DNA from: Macrostomum lignano
Lineage: Eukaryota
Reading direction: 5' to 3'
Assembly (NCBI GenBank): GCA_002269645.1
Contig: NIVC01003569.1
Span: 26,822-90,821, forward strand
Length of the DNA: 64,000 nucleotides
The first letter of the stretch is position 1. Each line of letters starts with the position of its first letter. The translations under genes and the position numbers were made by a program. Of the stretch, positions 25,146 to 37,782 are shown in pieces. The notes beneath the pieces were generated by a model. That model was given only the letters and a program-made list of their open reading frames with translations, was not told the origin of the DNA and made no database searches.

Positions 25146-28100
25146 ACTTCCAGGAAGTAATTTCTCTTATTCCAAAAAGTAGGCATAGTGCTCCGGACTT
25201 GCAAAATCACCTCACTGACTGCCTTGCTCTGCTTGATCGGGTTCACCTGAAGCCAGTGTTGTGCATTGTTGACAACAATGCAGTGAATAGGAGCCTCTTT
25301 CAAGGTCTTCTATGCAAAGACAAGCTGCAATCATCAATTCCAAATCCGTTGTCTGGCGAGCCGCTGTTCCTTCTCTTCGACCCTGTACACAACTTTAAGA
25401 ACATCTTGAACAATTGGATTTCGCGCCAGGTGTTTCAATTTCCGGACTTCACCGATCCCCAGAAAATCTAAACAGCAGATTTTCGCGATTTGCACAAACT
25501 TCATGAACAAGAACTTGGGCCACCAGCTCGGATCGCCTTTCAACTGAATACAAGGTCCTTGAATCCAACGAACCTGGAGAAGACTAATGTTCAGCACGCA
25601 GCCAGCATCGATCTTCAGCGAGTCTACTGTAGAAGCAGCAAAGTTCTACAATTTTTCCTCTGACTTGGTAGCTTTCCTAGCGCTCATTCTTAACATGTGG
25701 ACGATCTGGAATGTCAAGACCACTAGGAAAGCGAAGGAAAAGCGGCTTCCCGACGCCGCTCTTCTGGTGCCAAACGATCACCGCCTCGACAAGCTGCGCC
25801 AGTTTGCCGCTTTCTTCCAACGTTGGGAGGATTCGAAGTTTCCCGGCTTGACTGCTCCCACTTTCCTTGCTGTTAAATCCTGCTGTCTCAATCTTGCTGA
25901 TCTTTCCGAGCACCTTTTCTCTAGGTATTTATTTCCCTCTGTTTTGACAGGTAGGATAGTCAGTGACTGGATCGAGCGGCGCTTTGGTCGCTACCGCCAG
26001 TTTCACGGAGACAACTATTTTGTTTCTGTCCGGCAGATCCTTCAAGCCGAGAAGAAAATTCGCGTTTTCAGCCTGCTTCAGTTTCATGGCCTTGGACTGA
26101 AAGATTTAAAAATTCTTGACCAGGCGAGTTCATTCGAGTTTTTTAATCCACTCTTATCCGTGAAGCTTCCAGTTCTCCAGCATCTTGACGCCGCTCTTAC
26201 ATCTAGTGACAGAAACATTTGTTCCTATCTTGGTGGCTACGTGTCTAAAGCTCTATGCGGCCAGCTGAAGTGCACTGACTGCAAGAATCTTCTACTTACT
26301 AACGATTACTTGGAGTTTATTGCCCAAGAAGACTGTGCTGACGACTTTGCCCTGATTCAAATGCGTGACCGAGGCGGTCTGAAGTGCCCCAGCAAATTCG
26401 TATTTTTTCTTTTGAAGGCATCCTACTTCATGTTTGGACATCTGCGAGATAATGGTCTGTTAATTGCTGATCTTCTCACCTCTGGTAATTTAGTTCAAAA
26501 TATTGTTGAGCTCTGCCAGGACTACGTGAGTGAATCCACTGATTTTACGACCCTTTCAAGCCGGACTTGCAGTTGTAGAAAGGCAGCTGCTACTCTTTCT
26601 TCGCGGATCTTAATTCCTGCAGTCCGGATTTATCTAAAGAATTCTGTCAATGAGACAAACGATGAGAAGGCGAAGAACCAGAAGGCGACGAATCGTAAGG
26701 CGTCCAAGCTTTCCAGCAAGAGTTCGAGTTAGCTGTTTAATATGCGTTTTAACGAGGGAAGCTCAGATTTTAAGCCAAGATTTTTCCTTTTGTGTGTAAT
26801 ATTTAATGACGATTTTTAGTTTTTTTTCAGTTTCATTTATTTGTTGTATACTTTGTAATCGCAGCTTTTTATTTTCCAAATAAACACGTATCAATTTATA
26901 CACTTTTTTATACTGAGTGCACTGAAATAAGTGGGCTCTCGGGTAGTCTGGGGAAGAAAAACGAGACCCAACTTCAACTTGTATAGGCACGATTTCAGTG
27001 TCGCTTCCTGGTGAGCGAAGCGAGCAGAAGGCTTCCCTGCCCTAGCTTAGGCTAGTAAGGATCGAGAGAGTACATGGCTAGATTTGTTGAGGTTGGTTGG
27101 TTGGATTGGTAATTGGTAATGACTAGATTGGTATTAGAGTAAAAGCTGCCACTTGTTGACTACTGGTTTCGGAGTGGAAACTTTAACATGTTACTGAGCG
27201 TAACAACTTTGGGCCAGCAATTGACTTTATGTAATTCAACTGAAAAGTACGAGTCTAATAGCAATGGGTTTTAACATGATAAATGTTTTAATATTATTAT
27301 TTGTGTTATGTGTTATTTTTTATGATGATTTTGAGGTATTTGAGTTCAGATCTGCGCGATGACGCTCGGTAAAGTAGAATTTCACGGCCAGTTAGCTGTG
27401 CATTAGATTTAGATGTGCTTCTGTATCCATCTTAAACTACGCGATCGATTTAACAGGACGCTGGGGCCTCCGAATTTCACTACTCCGCGGATGTCCAGCA
27501 GGGAACATTCGTCAACAATGGTTTTGTAAGTTCAGAAATTCCTGTTGACTTTACATGCGCTATTTTATGATGCTTCATGCGTTTAGGGACATTGTGAGCA
27601 GTTCGTGTCATGTATTGAAGTTTATACAGGTACCCTGCTTACCCTCATTTAACTTGCTGCCATGTGCAATTTGCATCATTGCAAGTACTTTTTCCCGCCT
27701 GTTGTGTGTGGCTTGTGTACTAATATCGCTATTCTATTGACTCCGTAGTTTCGTGTACTTCAGTGTACGAGCTACACTGTTCACACCCCTTCTATTTGTG
27801 TTCTAGACGCTAATCGGCTTGTTTACCCAATGTCTGGGTCTAAGAGTTTTCGTAGCTTGCAACTATTATAACATGACTTGGCTTATATATTTCATAACAC
27901 CGCCTTCGCAAAGAACTGAAAAACTAAAACTCAAAAGAAAAAAATTATAGTTACTACGCGTTTTGGTCCACCTAAAATCCCACCTAAAAGCTCGGGGCAA
28001 TTTTTCCGGTTTAATGGCTACCCAAAAAGCATTATAGGCATGATTATCAATTCGTTTGAAACTCAAAAATTACCCGGAATCCTGATAAAAAGATCAAAAG

Positions 28101-31100
28101 AGACTAGTGGGGCAGAGAGTAGCACAGACAAAGAGACATCTAGCTAGTCTTTGCGCGGACGCGTTCGCAGAACAACCGAGAAGGGCAAGTCATAGCGGAC
28201 TGGGGGCTGAGTCCAATGGCCTGCAAGTCAGTGGTTCTGATAAAGCACTGATTACTCTGCCACTCCTTGGTGTTGCGTCTCGTCTATTTAGTTCAAGAAT
28301 TGCTTTAAAAGGCTCTTCTCAGAGCTTTTGAAAGCCACATCACAGTGGTCTTACGGGCCGAAAACTTCGGGTCATTATGTGTGCAAGTTGAAGTCGGTTG
28401 TTTCTCGTGATCTGAATGCTTGTGTCGTTTATAAATTTTGCTGCTCTGGTGATCAAAGCGTTTACTACGTGGATAATACCAAAAGACTAAGACACATGCC
28501 ATACCAGGGCCAGAGAACAACTGGCTAAAAAACTCTGCAATCAATGACCACTTACTTACTTGGATCCAAAGACTGCTGTGATAGTGAGCCTATTCAGCTG
28601 TTTTATCGTTGCAATTCCGACTTTAAGCTTAGGATCTTAGAGGCTATACACATTTGGGTCATTTAATGAGGGTGCTCCACTTCTGGCCTAGGACTGTCCC
28701 TGATTTGTTTGACCGCCTTATCAACCACCCTTATACATGTATATTCAGCATCATCGAAAAATCGCCATTACAGAAGATTCCGTCTGTGGTCGCCACTTTT
28801 GCGAGTGAAGCAACTTAGCTTTGTATATGCCGCGGTAGACTTGAGTTGAGGAATAAAGTGGGGGAGCAGTGTGCGAGAGTTGGACGGATTAAAGCTACCC
28901 CGATCAGTTTTCTCGTATCTTTTATTTCAGAATAGTACAAGAGAAATCATGCTCACTGGCGCATAGAGTGGCGACTTTTCAATGTTGCTGAGATTATGTA
29001 TTTGTTGGGACAATTATTTTACTTTTAATAATAATAATTTATTTTTCCATAATAATGTACTTTTTAAAACCCTTATGTACTCTACGCTTGTTTTCAATTT
29101 ATTTTCTTACCCTACGTACACAGTACTTGAAGTAGAAGGCAGACCGAAACGTGTTGCAATAATAAATGTTAATTTGAGCTTTTGTTTATTTCACTGGTTA
29201 AGCGAATTCAATTCCTAAGAAGTAAAACTTAGAACTAGAAAACTTAATCACTGACACTAACACATGATGGCGCCTCCCATTCATCAAGTATTACGAGTAA
29301 TAAGGGGTCCTCATGATACTGTTATGTAGGAGAGTCAGGCACACGAAGTTCGGTAGCACGGGCTTTTGAGACCCGCTGGCGCGGGTTCAGTTCTGCGCCA
29401 TTTAGCAAAAATCCATATTTTCCTTGTTTTGAACGTCGTAGTTGTCTGTCAGGCTGATTATGAATAAGACAGGCGTAGCAGTCATTTTTATGCTCAGGAT
29501 CAGTGAAGCGTTGTTTTTCACCGATGACTGAACTTTGCGAAATCGTGTAGTTCACGGAGGAGTCATTGGATATTTCGAATGCTTCTGAATGAAGCTTGCT
29601 GTCATTTTCAAAATGTTTAAAAAGTTTATGAAATTTTTTTGCTTGGCTGCCGTTCTCGACTCGGGCGCACCAAAAGTCGCTTCCCTTGTCTAACAGAGAA
29701 ATTAAAAAGCTGCTGCCATTGTTTTTTCACAGCAATAACCAATATTACGACCTAGTATTTTATCTCAAAACTGCTTATGCTAAGCAGAAGCAAATAAATC
29801 AGTAATAACTGTTCACCACCACAACTGATAGGAGAGAGCAGACCGCACCGAGCCGGACAGCCACTCTGGTCCGCATTGCTCCCAAGCAGCTGGCAGCTCC
29901 AATAGTGTGCAGTTCTCCAGCAAGCACACATTCCACACAAATGAGGCGTTCGAGCAGCAGGATCGAGTCTAAGATAAAGTGAAGTGATTTGCAAAAATTG
30001 ATTGCTGGTAGTGGCTTACTCTTCGTATTTTTTTACTTGCTTCTTTTTAATATTTGAGTGCAAGGTCTGGGAAGTGTCAGTCAGCCTTCGTTTTTACATC
30101 GTCCTTGAACTACAAGGGAACGCGTCCGTGCAGGTCTCCGTGCAGAACTCTAGCAAACCGCGACACTCAGAATGCCCTTCCATGACAGTTGCACTTTTGA
30201 TAGTCGCACAAATGTGGCAATTATCCCTGACACTGGTTTTTGCCTCTTAATTTTTATTAGCAGCTTGTACTTTTGTTAGTTTGGTACATGCAGACACAAG
30301 TTTTTTATACCGTAATTTTGTGGTAAAAATGCTGCTCGATCAGTGCTTTTTACGCACTGACCCACACAAATTTGGGGAGTCGAAACGCAGTGGCTGGAGA
30401 GCAGATAGTCCGGAATAATGAGGAAGTAGCTAGCTCGTAATTAAGTTTAATTGGCTTGATTTAGACTTTACACACTGCTGGAAATGCTTCTGCTTGTAAA
30501 AATATTTTTCACAAGTGTATATATGTAACATGAAAACTGAAAAATCGCTCATTGCTAAATGTACAGTGTATGGCGATTGGCAAGTAAAAACATCTAGGAA
30601 ATGTAAAGTAGTAAGAAGTATGTAAGAACTAAACATCTCAGAGAAGTGTCAGCTCTCTAGCCACTTCTGGATAAAAAATGACAGGGATTATTGGAAGTTT
30701 AGGGATCATTAAGAGTTCATATTTTTATTGATACTTATTTATCTGTACGTACAAGTGAGCACTTGATCAAATTTTGAGATGCGATAAATGCTCGGGCTCT
30801 CGAAGCTAATGTGGTCGCACTTGCACAATCTAAAATATACGCTATAATCCGTCAGTTTCTATTGTCTAAAAATTTTTATTTTGCCTGTCTTTTTATCAGA
30901 CCAATTTTGATTTTTAATTGCGCGCACATTCCTTGTAATCTCAGCTGCGGTTACGCTCTACCTTTTCACTGGCTGTTGGTTTTTAAATTTTGTGTCCGAG
31001 CCTTTTAAGCTTTTTAAGCACTTACTACACAATATTGCTTCCTTTTTGTTAGCTGAGCTCGAAATCCATTTGCTTGTATTTTAAGATTTTTTGAGTGGTG

Positions 31101-31278
31101 AATACTTTCGGTTGGACTTTGATGCACTGTAATAGTAATGACGACTAGTAATAACAACAAGAAGTTATTCATGATTTAAATAAGTATCCTAAACAGTTTC
31201 ATTTTAAAAAGATCTTTGAAACACATTGTAACTTGCTTTAGAAGAAAATAGAAATTTCACGATACAAGGAATACAATT

Positions 31279-31760
31279 TCAAGTGCCATAAAGCTCAAAG
31301 ACTAGATGTACGCTCGTACACTCGTACGCTGGCTCTCTTGTACTCGCCTTTCTTGTCCGTGCTGACGGCGAACATGCTTTGCTGGGCGGATTTGTCGCAG
31401 TCGACACCCTGAACCTTCTTCTAAGCTGAGTGCGGTGCCGTGGTCCTGCTCTTGCACACGCTGGCGAAGTGGTTGAGCTTCTCGCACTTCTGACATGCTT
31501 TGCCACGGGCAGCGAAGCGCGGGTCGCTGCCTGTGCGGTGGCCCGGCTTACCGCAGTGCAAACAGCTGGGCTCCTGCAATGGTCGCGCTGCCTGGCCTCT
31601 GGGGCCAATCGGAACTCTCTTGGCGTTGATCTTTCTGATGCTGTCGTCAGTTGCATTCTTACCGGTCAAGGACTTTTCACCTGGGCGGCAATCTGAATTG
31701 CTCCATCCAGGGTGAGCTCTTGCTCTAGCAGGAGGCGTTTACGCACCTTCGCTTATGAAG
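31279..31760 (-). pseudogene. LTR-retrotransposon gag remnant with zinc knuckles
   Basis: CLHCGKPGH...RGKACQKCEKLNHFASVCKS, typical of Gypsy gag C-termini; surrounding frames are broken. Confidence 0.7.
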
Positions 31761-32139
31761 TGCCGAAGATCAGTTCTGTAATGACTTAAGAACGAAGTCT
31801 TGATTAGCTATTGCACTGGGAAGTGGCTCCCGAGTGACAGACAGAAATAAGAGATGTGAGCCCGGACCGTGGCGTCCGGTTTGACTATATATTTGGGGGC
31901 TCCTGGGCCCCAACATAGAAAGGCGTGCTGTGGCACGAAACATACTCCTACGAATGGTACGAATGGTGGGAGTGGGCAGAAGGGGAGACTCCGATGAGTC
32001 AGTGAGGGGAACTAACAGGGTGCAAAATAACATTATTCAGTGGGAGCGGTAGACCCTGGCCAGGCTGTGGCCGCGATCTCGGTAGCGGCAGCGGGAGCGG
32101 CAGGCAGGTGCGCCGGTGTCTCGGAGCCGAAGGCTGGCA

Positions 32140-32435
32140 GCGATAGCAGCTGATCCGTGTGCCGCCGCATAAGAGTGCCGTCTGCGCTCACTCGCCAGAC
32201 TCGACGGTGCCCTCTTGCTAACGGTTGCTAGTGGTGCAATCTCGCAACAGCACTCGGTCTCCAGGTCGGAACATCCTGGCCTGCCTGGGCGACTGTTGAA
32301 GCGCTGACTCCTGCTGCTGGTGCCGGTTGCTGACGAGTGAGGGCGTTAGCAGATCAAGCCGGGATCGAAGTCGGCGCCCGAAGAACAGCTGGCTGGGAGC
32401 CGATACCGTGGATGAATGCGGCGTATTGCGATAGT
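32140..32435 (-). pseudogene. Gypsy integrase C-terminal remnant
   Basis: The minus strand reads YRNTPHSSTVSAPSQLFFGRRLRSRLDLLTP...MFRPGDRVLLR, resembling the integrase tail of the element at 23946-24557. Confidence 0.8.
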
Positions 32436-33380
32436 GTAGTGCATACGCCCTTGTAGGTTGGCAGGGCGCGTTGCACTTTGGGGCTGGCTAGGGGAAGTTG
32501 GCGGGCGTGGCAGGGTCTGGCCGCCGGCCGGGCTTTGCGCGTGCCCCTCTCCAGCCGTGCCCCTGCCCCGGGCTCAGGGCTGGTTGGCTGCGGCCGGGCC
32601 AGCTTTGGCGCGGGTGCGGCCCCTCCCCCCCCCCTAGGCGGGGTTTTGATTGGCTGGCCGGCGCGGCCAGTCTATTTTTTGGGTAGTTTGTTTGTTTTGG
32701 TGGGCTTAGCCGGTGGGGCCGTCTGCCCCACGGTTTGGGGTATTTATGGTGCGACTCTGGGTTTGCCCACGCCCTGTGTGCTTTTTGTGTTTTGGTGTGC
32801 TCCGAGAGTGCAAGCGCGAGACTTGACGCAAAAAACAGCAACATTAGCTACTTCGATAAAAGAAACACAAAAGCCTAATCGAGAAGAAGTCAAACTGCGC
32901 TTGAGACCTACGAGCAAATCAATAAAACGTACGAACGGCAATTTGGCCATTGGTAAGCCGCCTGCTGCTTGAGTTCATTCTTTTCTGGGGAGCTTGTTAG
33001 GCTGCAGGGAGTTCTTGCCAGAGCGTCATAACGCCGGGAGAGCATATAGCGTATTGTAGTACTACCGGCTACTCTATATAGTGTGTACAACCTACAGTAT
33101 CGAGACTAGAAGCACTCGAGAGTGTCACCACACCTCGAGCCGCAGCGTGAACTCTGAGTGTCATGTCACAACACCAGAGGGATCGAACTATTATCGCAGA
33201 GCGTCGTCACGCCTGCTCGTATCCATAAAAGTACAGACAGAGCGTCACTACGCCTGTATATTACGCATAATATATATTGTATTCGGGACTGGGCACCCAA
33301 ACCGACCCGGGTTACAACAAATTGGCGCCCGAACAGGGACCCTGTCGTCCCTCTGAGTAGAAGTCTGATAGACCGTGATA

Positions 33381-33670
33381 GATTGTCAGCGACTGCAAGC
33401 TATTATCAGCGATTGTCAGCGGCTGCAAGTGATTATCAGCGATTTTCAGCGACTGCAAGCGATTGTCAGCAACTGTACGCGATTGTCAACGGTTGTAAGC
33501 GATTGTCAGCGTTTGTCAGCGACTGCAAGCGATTGTCAGCAACTGTACGCGATTGTCAGCAACTGTACGCGATTGTCAACGGTTGTAAGCGATTGTCAGC
33601 GACGGTTAGCGATTGTCAGTGATTGTCAGCGACTGTAAGCGATTTTCAGCGATCGTCAGCGATTTTCAGC
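33381..33670. repeat. 10-bp-period minisatellite (GATTGTCAGC / GACTGCAAGC variants), 29 units
   Basis: Strict 10-nt register from 33381 to 33670, ending just before the gag-fragment ATG at 33672. Confidence 0.95.
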
Positions 33671-35711
33671 GATGGACGGCGAAGCGATGGACGTTCGAGT
33701 GTCCGATTCGGTGAGAGAGAGGCTCTTCCTACAGCAGCCAGCGGATCTGACGGATGCAATCCGGACAGTTAGGCAACTGGAGGCAGCGCAGAAAGCGTCA
33801 GCATCGCAACATAAACCTAAGCCAAGAGGTGGACTGAATGTGTTCTCAACCGCCCAAGAACATCCGGGAGCCGAAGAGGTGCGGCAGCTGAGGGCGAAAA
33901 TGGAGAGGATGGAAGAGACGATCCGCCAGTTGCAGCAGGGCCCCGTCAATGCAGCCGGTCCCCAAAGAGCCGCCGAACCAACCGGTACAGGCCCACACCA
34001 GGACACAGTCGCGTGTCTATCACAAGGCCCTCCACAGGCATCTGGCGCCACCGGAGGCTCGGCTCCGAAAAGGGTCACCTGTTTTCGGTGCGGGAAAACC
34101 GGGCATCTCTCGTTTAATTGCAAGCAGCAGGAAAAAGCCAACAGGAACTCACGTCCTGGAGGCCACTGAGTTCCTGCAATCATCCTGCCTCCACCAGCAG
34201 CACCCAGCATCATCAGCAACTCATCGACAGCACCCAGCATCATCAGCAACTCATCGACAGCACCATGCATCATCAGCAACTCGTGCCCGGCAACAAGGAT
34301 CATCAACCTGGCGCTAGTATCAAGCATCACGAAGTCCCCAGCGCCAGCCTCAACAACCCTAGCATCAAAGGCCGCCATCAAGCTAATGTCATTTTCACCG
34401 GTCACTCTCAGCATGGCATTCAGTTGGGCTCGTCGGCCCTTTATGTGACAGCAACGGTGTCCGGCAGGAAGCTCAATGCGCTCATTGATTCAGGAGCTTC
34501 GTGTACAATCATGTCAGAAGAGGCCTTTGAAAGACTACCGAAACGAGAGATCGAAGTCCTTTCGAAGCTAGACGGCGGTATCAGCATGGCGAACGGCGCT
34601 ACGGTCGAGGTCCTAGGCACAGCTTTACTCTCATTAAGAATCGCGGGCGAGACAATCCCTACGGTCGTGGCGGTCGTCTCGGGAATCAAGTATCAGCTGG
34701 TGATAGGCTCCGACTTCTTCAGGCAGAATAACTGCATTATTGATTACAAGAAGGCAGTCATAAAAAATCAACGAAAGGGCGATCCCGTTCCGGTGGCAAG
34801 AAGAGCATCCAACGACATGTCGGATTTTTGCAGATCGTTATAGCACGCTTCCCCCGGCCATCAGGTTATCTTGCCTGGGAAACTCGACCGGAGATGGAAG
34901 AAGAACAGAGGATGTGTCGGCTTGACAGAAAATTTTGCGGGAAGCACCCTTACTTCTGGACAACGCCTGGTGAAGCCTGTAGGTGCCTACAGAAGTAGGA
35001 CGCGTACCAGTCTGCTTGATGAATCTTACAGACGAGCCTGTGAAGCTGAAAAAGGGCAGTGTGCTAGGTTGGTACTTCCCGCTGGACCCCACGGAGCCAC
35101 TGAACAACTTAAAGATCCACTTAATGGAGCCTACAGAGAAGACCGACTAGCAAGACGAAAACGACGGAGATGAGATCGAACTCATTCCAAACGAGTATGG
35201 TACCTTTGGCCTCTCTCCCGAGGAGGACAAGGAATTTAAAAACTTGGTTAGCAATTTCAAGGACGTGTTCGTTACATCACAGTCACCGTGCCGGAAGACA
35301 AGCGTCGTCGAACACGAGATCGAGACTGGAGCGTCTCGACCGATCAAAATCCCGCCAAGACGATTGCCACCGCATCTCGCGGAGGAGGTGAATCGTCAGA
35401 TTGACGGACTGCTCAAAGACGGACAAATCGAAGAAGCGCAGTCACCTTGGTGTTCGCCGCTCGTCTGTGTGAGGAAGAAAACCGGGGAAATCAGACTTTG
35501 CGTGGACTATAGAAAGCTGAATGAAGTGACGGTGAAAGACGCGGTCCCGATGCCTCGAGTCGATGATGCCCTGGAGGCTCTTCACGGGCGAAGATTTTCT
35601 CCACCATGGACTTGCATAGTGGCTTCTGGCAGGTGAGCGTCAAAGAAGCCGATCGAGGGAAGACTGCATTCGCTGTACCAAATAGAGGCCAGTTCAAATG
35701 GAGGTCATGCC

Positions 35712-35964
35712 TGTAATGACTCAGAAGTCAGTCTCAATTTTGCAGTGCGAAAACGCTTGGCCCTCCAAGTAGGGCGAGAGCGCCGATATATATTTTTTGG
35801 CTTTAGGTCTCGACCAATCACGTGCGGCCGCGTAGGCATAACAGGCATAAAAAGGGGGGAGGAAAGCCAGGGGTACAGTGTACACAAACTAAGTACAGTG
35901 CGTGAGCACCCCACACTGCTAGGCACCCCGTCTAAACAAGCGAGTGCAGGGCTGCGGCATGACA
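35712..35964. mobile_element. Solo LTR inserted in the Gypsy RT gene
   Basis: TGTAATG...CATGACA termini, with a 5-bp TSD ATGCC (35707-35711 and 35965-35969). The host RT motif MPFG resumes after it. Confidence 0.85.
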
Positions 35965-36404
35965 ATGCCGTTCGGAGTAGAATGCATGAGGGGGCTTTTG
36001 GGACAAATTTTTAACGTCCTCCATAATCCCTTTAAATCCATCCATATTATCCCCGACAGAATCAGAAAAAAGGCGGGGGTCGCACTTGCTCCGAAAACTT
36101 CGGAAATAATCCCATTAAATCCATCCATATTATCCCTGAATCAGAAAAAAAGAGGGTCGCACTTGCACCGAAAACTTCGAACATAATCCTCCTAAATCCA
36201 TCCATTTTATCCCTGACAGAATCAAAGCATAGCAGGTGTCCTACATAATCCACTGACATCCACCCACAGTATCTTCGAAACAACCAGAAAATAATCTACA
36301 TTCTTCTCCCCACATTCAATTCGCAACGCGAAACCAGATCCCTAAGACTTTAAATCATTAGCGCAGGGTCCTTACCCTTTGAAAAATCTAAATTTTCTCT
36401 AAAA

Positions 36405-36644
36405 ATGCTTCCAATCGTCTCTCCAGGTTCTTATTACAAAGCGCACGAGCCTAATTACAAGAGTAAGTACCAATGCAAACTAGAATGCAGCGAGTACATG
36501 AGAAAATATTGGCCCGGTGTTGATATCAATGTCCCTAATATTAATCAAGCTCTCCGAAGTCACTGGTTTCTTAAGTATGGAGTAACCTACGTAAAAGATT
36601 ACGACAGCTACAATAACTCTGCAGCAATCATTAAGCAATTGTGA
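36405..36644 (+). CDS. Hypothetical 79-aa protein of the Polinton-like fragment
   Basis: ATG-initiated ORF whose stop lies 7 nt from the stop of the convergent penton-like gene. No family recognised. Confidence 0.35.
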   Translation: MLPIVSPGSYYKAHEPNYKSKYQCKLECSEYMRKYWPGVDINVPNINQALRSHWFLKYGVTYVKDYDSYNNSAAIIKQL

Positions 36645-36651
36645 TTTTTTC

Positions 36652-37348
36652 TCACATTCTCTCAATGATCAACGTCAATACAAACTCTTCACCGTTGAAA
36701 TCAACGCCAACACCATCTTCAGTCTCAAACTGTAGCACAATCTCGTGAATCTCCTTATTACTCAATGCAACTCTTTTCACTGGATTTGGTTTCTCTACCA
36801 GCATCTGTCCTCCAGCTACAGAGTTAGAGATGTTGTAAAAATATTCGTTCGCTTTCCCTTAAATACCCAATCAAGACTGAGATTATACTTCTGATTAGAA
36901 TATTCAAACCCTTTACAATGTCTGCAATATTGGGTGCTAAGAACAAACCGCTTACACTTTCCCGGGCCATGCTAACGACCCCCGATGATTTTGGCGCTTG
37001 AGTGGCGGTCCGCGCCGGGGATTCTACCTTATAAACTTTCTTCTCGAATCCCAATTCCATATACCAAGTGTCATCTTTAAACTCAACCTCCGCATCTTTG
37101 TGAACTTGCATGACCACTCTCATTACAGTGAGATCATAGGTTAGTTTGACAGGGAACAGTTTCTTCTCTGGCTTACTCGCATCAGGTGTCTCAAAATGGC
37201 CTCTTTTAGTAAAGACATTTTCTAGAAAGTTATTGTAGGTATCCACACTTTGCGTGCTCACAGGGAATACCACAGCTTCTACTGCCGCAACTTTCCATTT
37301 GTAATAAAACTTATTATTGCTGCCGTCACATTGGGAACGTTTGACCAA
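36652..37348 (-). pseudogene. Minor capsid protein (penton, single jelly-roll) of Polinton/adintovirus type, frameshifted
   Basis: Across two frameshifts it reads ...NIADIVKGLNILIRSII / FKGKRTNIF / YNISNSVAGGQMLVEKPNPVKRVALSNKEIHEIVLQFETEDGVGVDFNGEEFVLTLII*. This resembles the Polinton penton C-terminal pattern (G..I.E.P...L....I..I.i...D..G..vDF.GE...l.L.i). Confidence 0.7.
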
Positions 37349-37592
37349 CTAGTGAAGTCGTTAAGATAGAGTAGAATACATGAGGGGGCTTCTGGGACAA
37401 TTTTTTAACGTCCTCCATAATCCCATTAAATCCATCCATATTATCCCCGACAGAATCAGAAAAAAATGGGGGTCGCAGTTGCTCCGAAAAATTCGAACAT
37501 AATCCCATTAAATCCATCCATATTATCCCATTGCATTGCAATCAGTTATTCATTAATTTTTCGCTATTTTTACAAACCATCATACATTGTCT

Positions 37593-37763
37593 CAGGCGCC
37601 GCGGAACGAGTTTTTGCCAGGGGGGGCAGGACCAAGTTTCCGAAACTCAAGCCCAGACCCTGTCTTGGACAATGACCAAAAATTTGAGCAAAATTATGCT
37701 GTTGAACGGTATTTGAGGGGGGCAATGTGCCCCCCTGCCCCCCCCCCTGTTCCGCGGCGCCTG
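37593..37763. mobile_element. hAT-type MITE, 171 bp
   Basis: 15-bp TIR CAGGCGCCGCGGAAC / GTTCCGCGGCGCCTG and an 8-bp TSD CATTGTCT (37585-37592 and 37764-37771). Confidence 0.9.
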
Positions 37764-37782
37764 CATTGTCTTGACTTTTGAT

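Larger units (their letters stand above)
19049..26732 (+). pseudogene. THAP-domain P-element transposase, disrupted
   Basis: THAP start MGYKCCVPAC...HKFP...W...IPR and AVPCIF. Catalytic region LEIDEIY (before the Gypsy insertion), then IVDNNAVN, FDPVHNFKNI, SDWIERRFGRYRQ and RGGLKCPS. Stops, frameshifts and the 4.8 kb LTR insertion disrupt it. Confidence 0.88.
18765..27039 (+). mobile_element. P-superfamily (THAP9-like) DNA transposon, interrupted by a Gypsy element
   Basis: ~45-bp TIRs CAGGGAAGCC...CGCTTCGCTCACCAGGAAGCGACACT (18765-18809 and 26997-27039), CA..TG termini, and a 7-bp TSD CCCTAGC (18758-18764 and 27040-27046). Confidence 0.92.
33055..35975 (+). mobile_element. Truncated Gypsy element (probable LTR, tRNA-Lys PBS, partial gag, protease, N-terminal RT)
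   Basis: Probable LTR ~33055-33319 and PBS TGGCGCCCGAACAGGGAC at 33323-33340. Gag fragment 33672-34169 has CFRCGKTGHLSFNC, protease has LIDSGAS, RT has SPWCSPLVCVRKK..RLCVDYRKLN. It breaks off after MPFG at 35975. Confidence 0.85.
35976..37530. mobile_element. Polinton/Maverick-like fragment: AGTAG terminus, small ORF, decayed penton gene, and a second copy of the terminus
   Basis: Terminus AGTAGAATGC at 35976, exactly where the RT is cut off, and again at 37370. Between them are a 79-aa ORF (+) and a convergent penton-like gene (-). Confidence 0.65.

Noticed and set aside
27050-31270. Short ORFs in the intergenic region after the P element
   Set aside because: No recognisable motifs or consistent splice structure.
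31777-32017. LTR-like TG..CA segment starting TGTAATGACT, like the solo LTR at 35712
   Set aside because: No TSD, PBS or PPT could be placed, so it is left unannotated.
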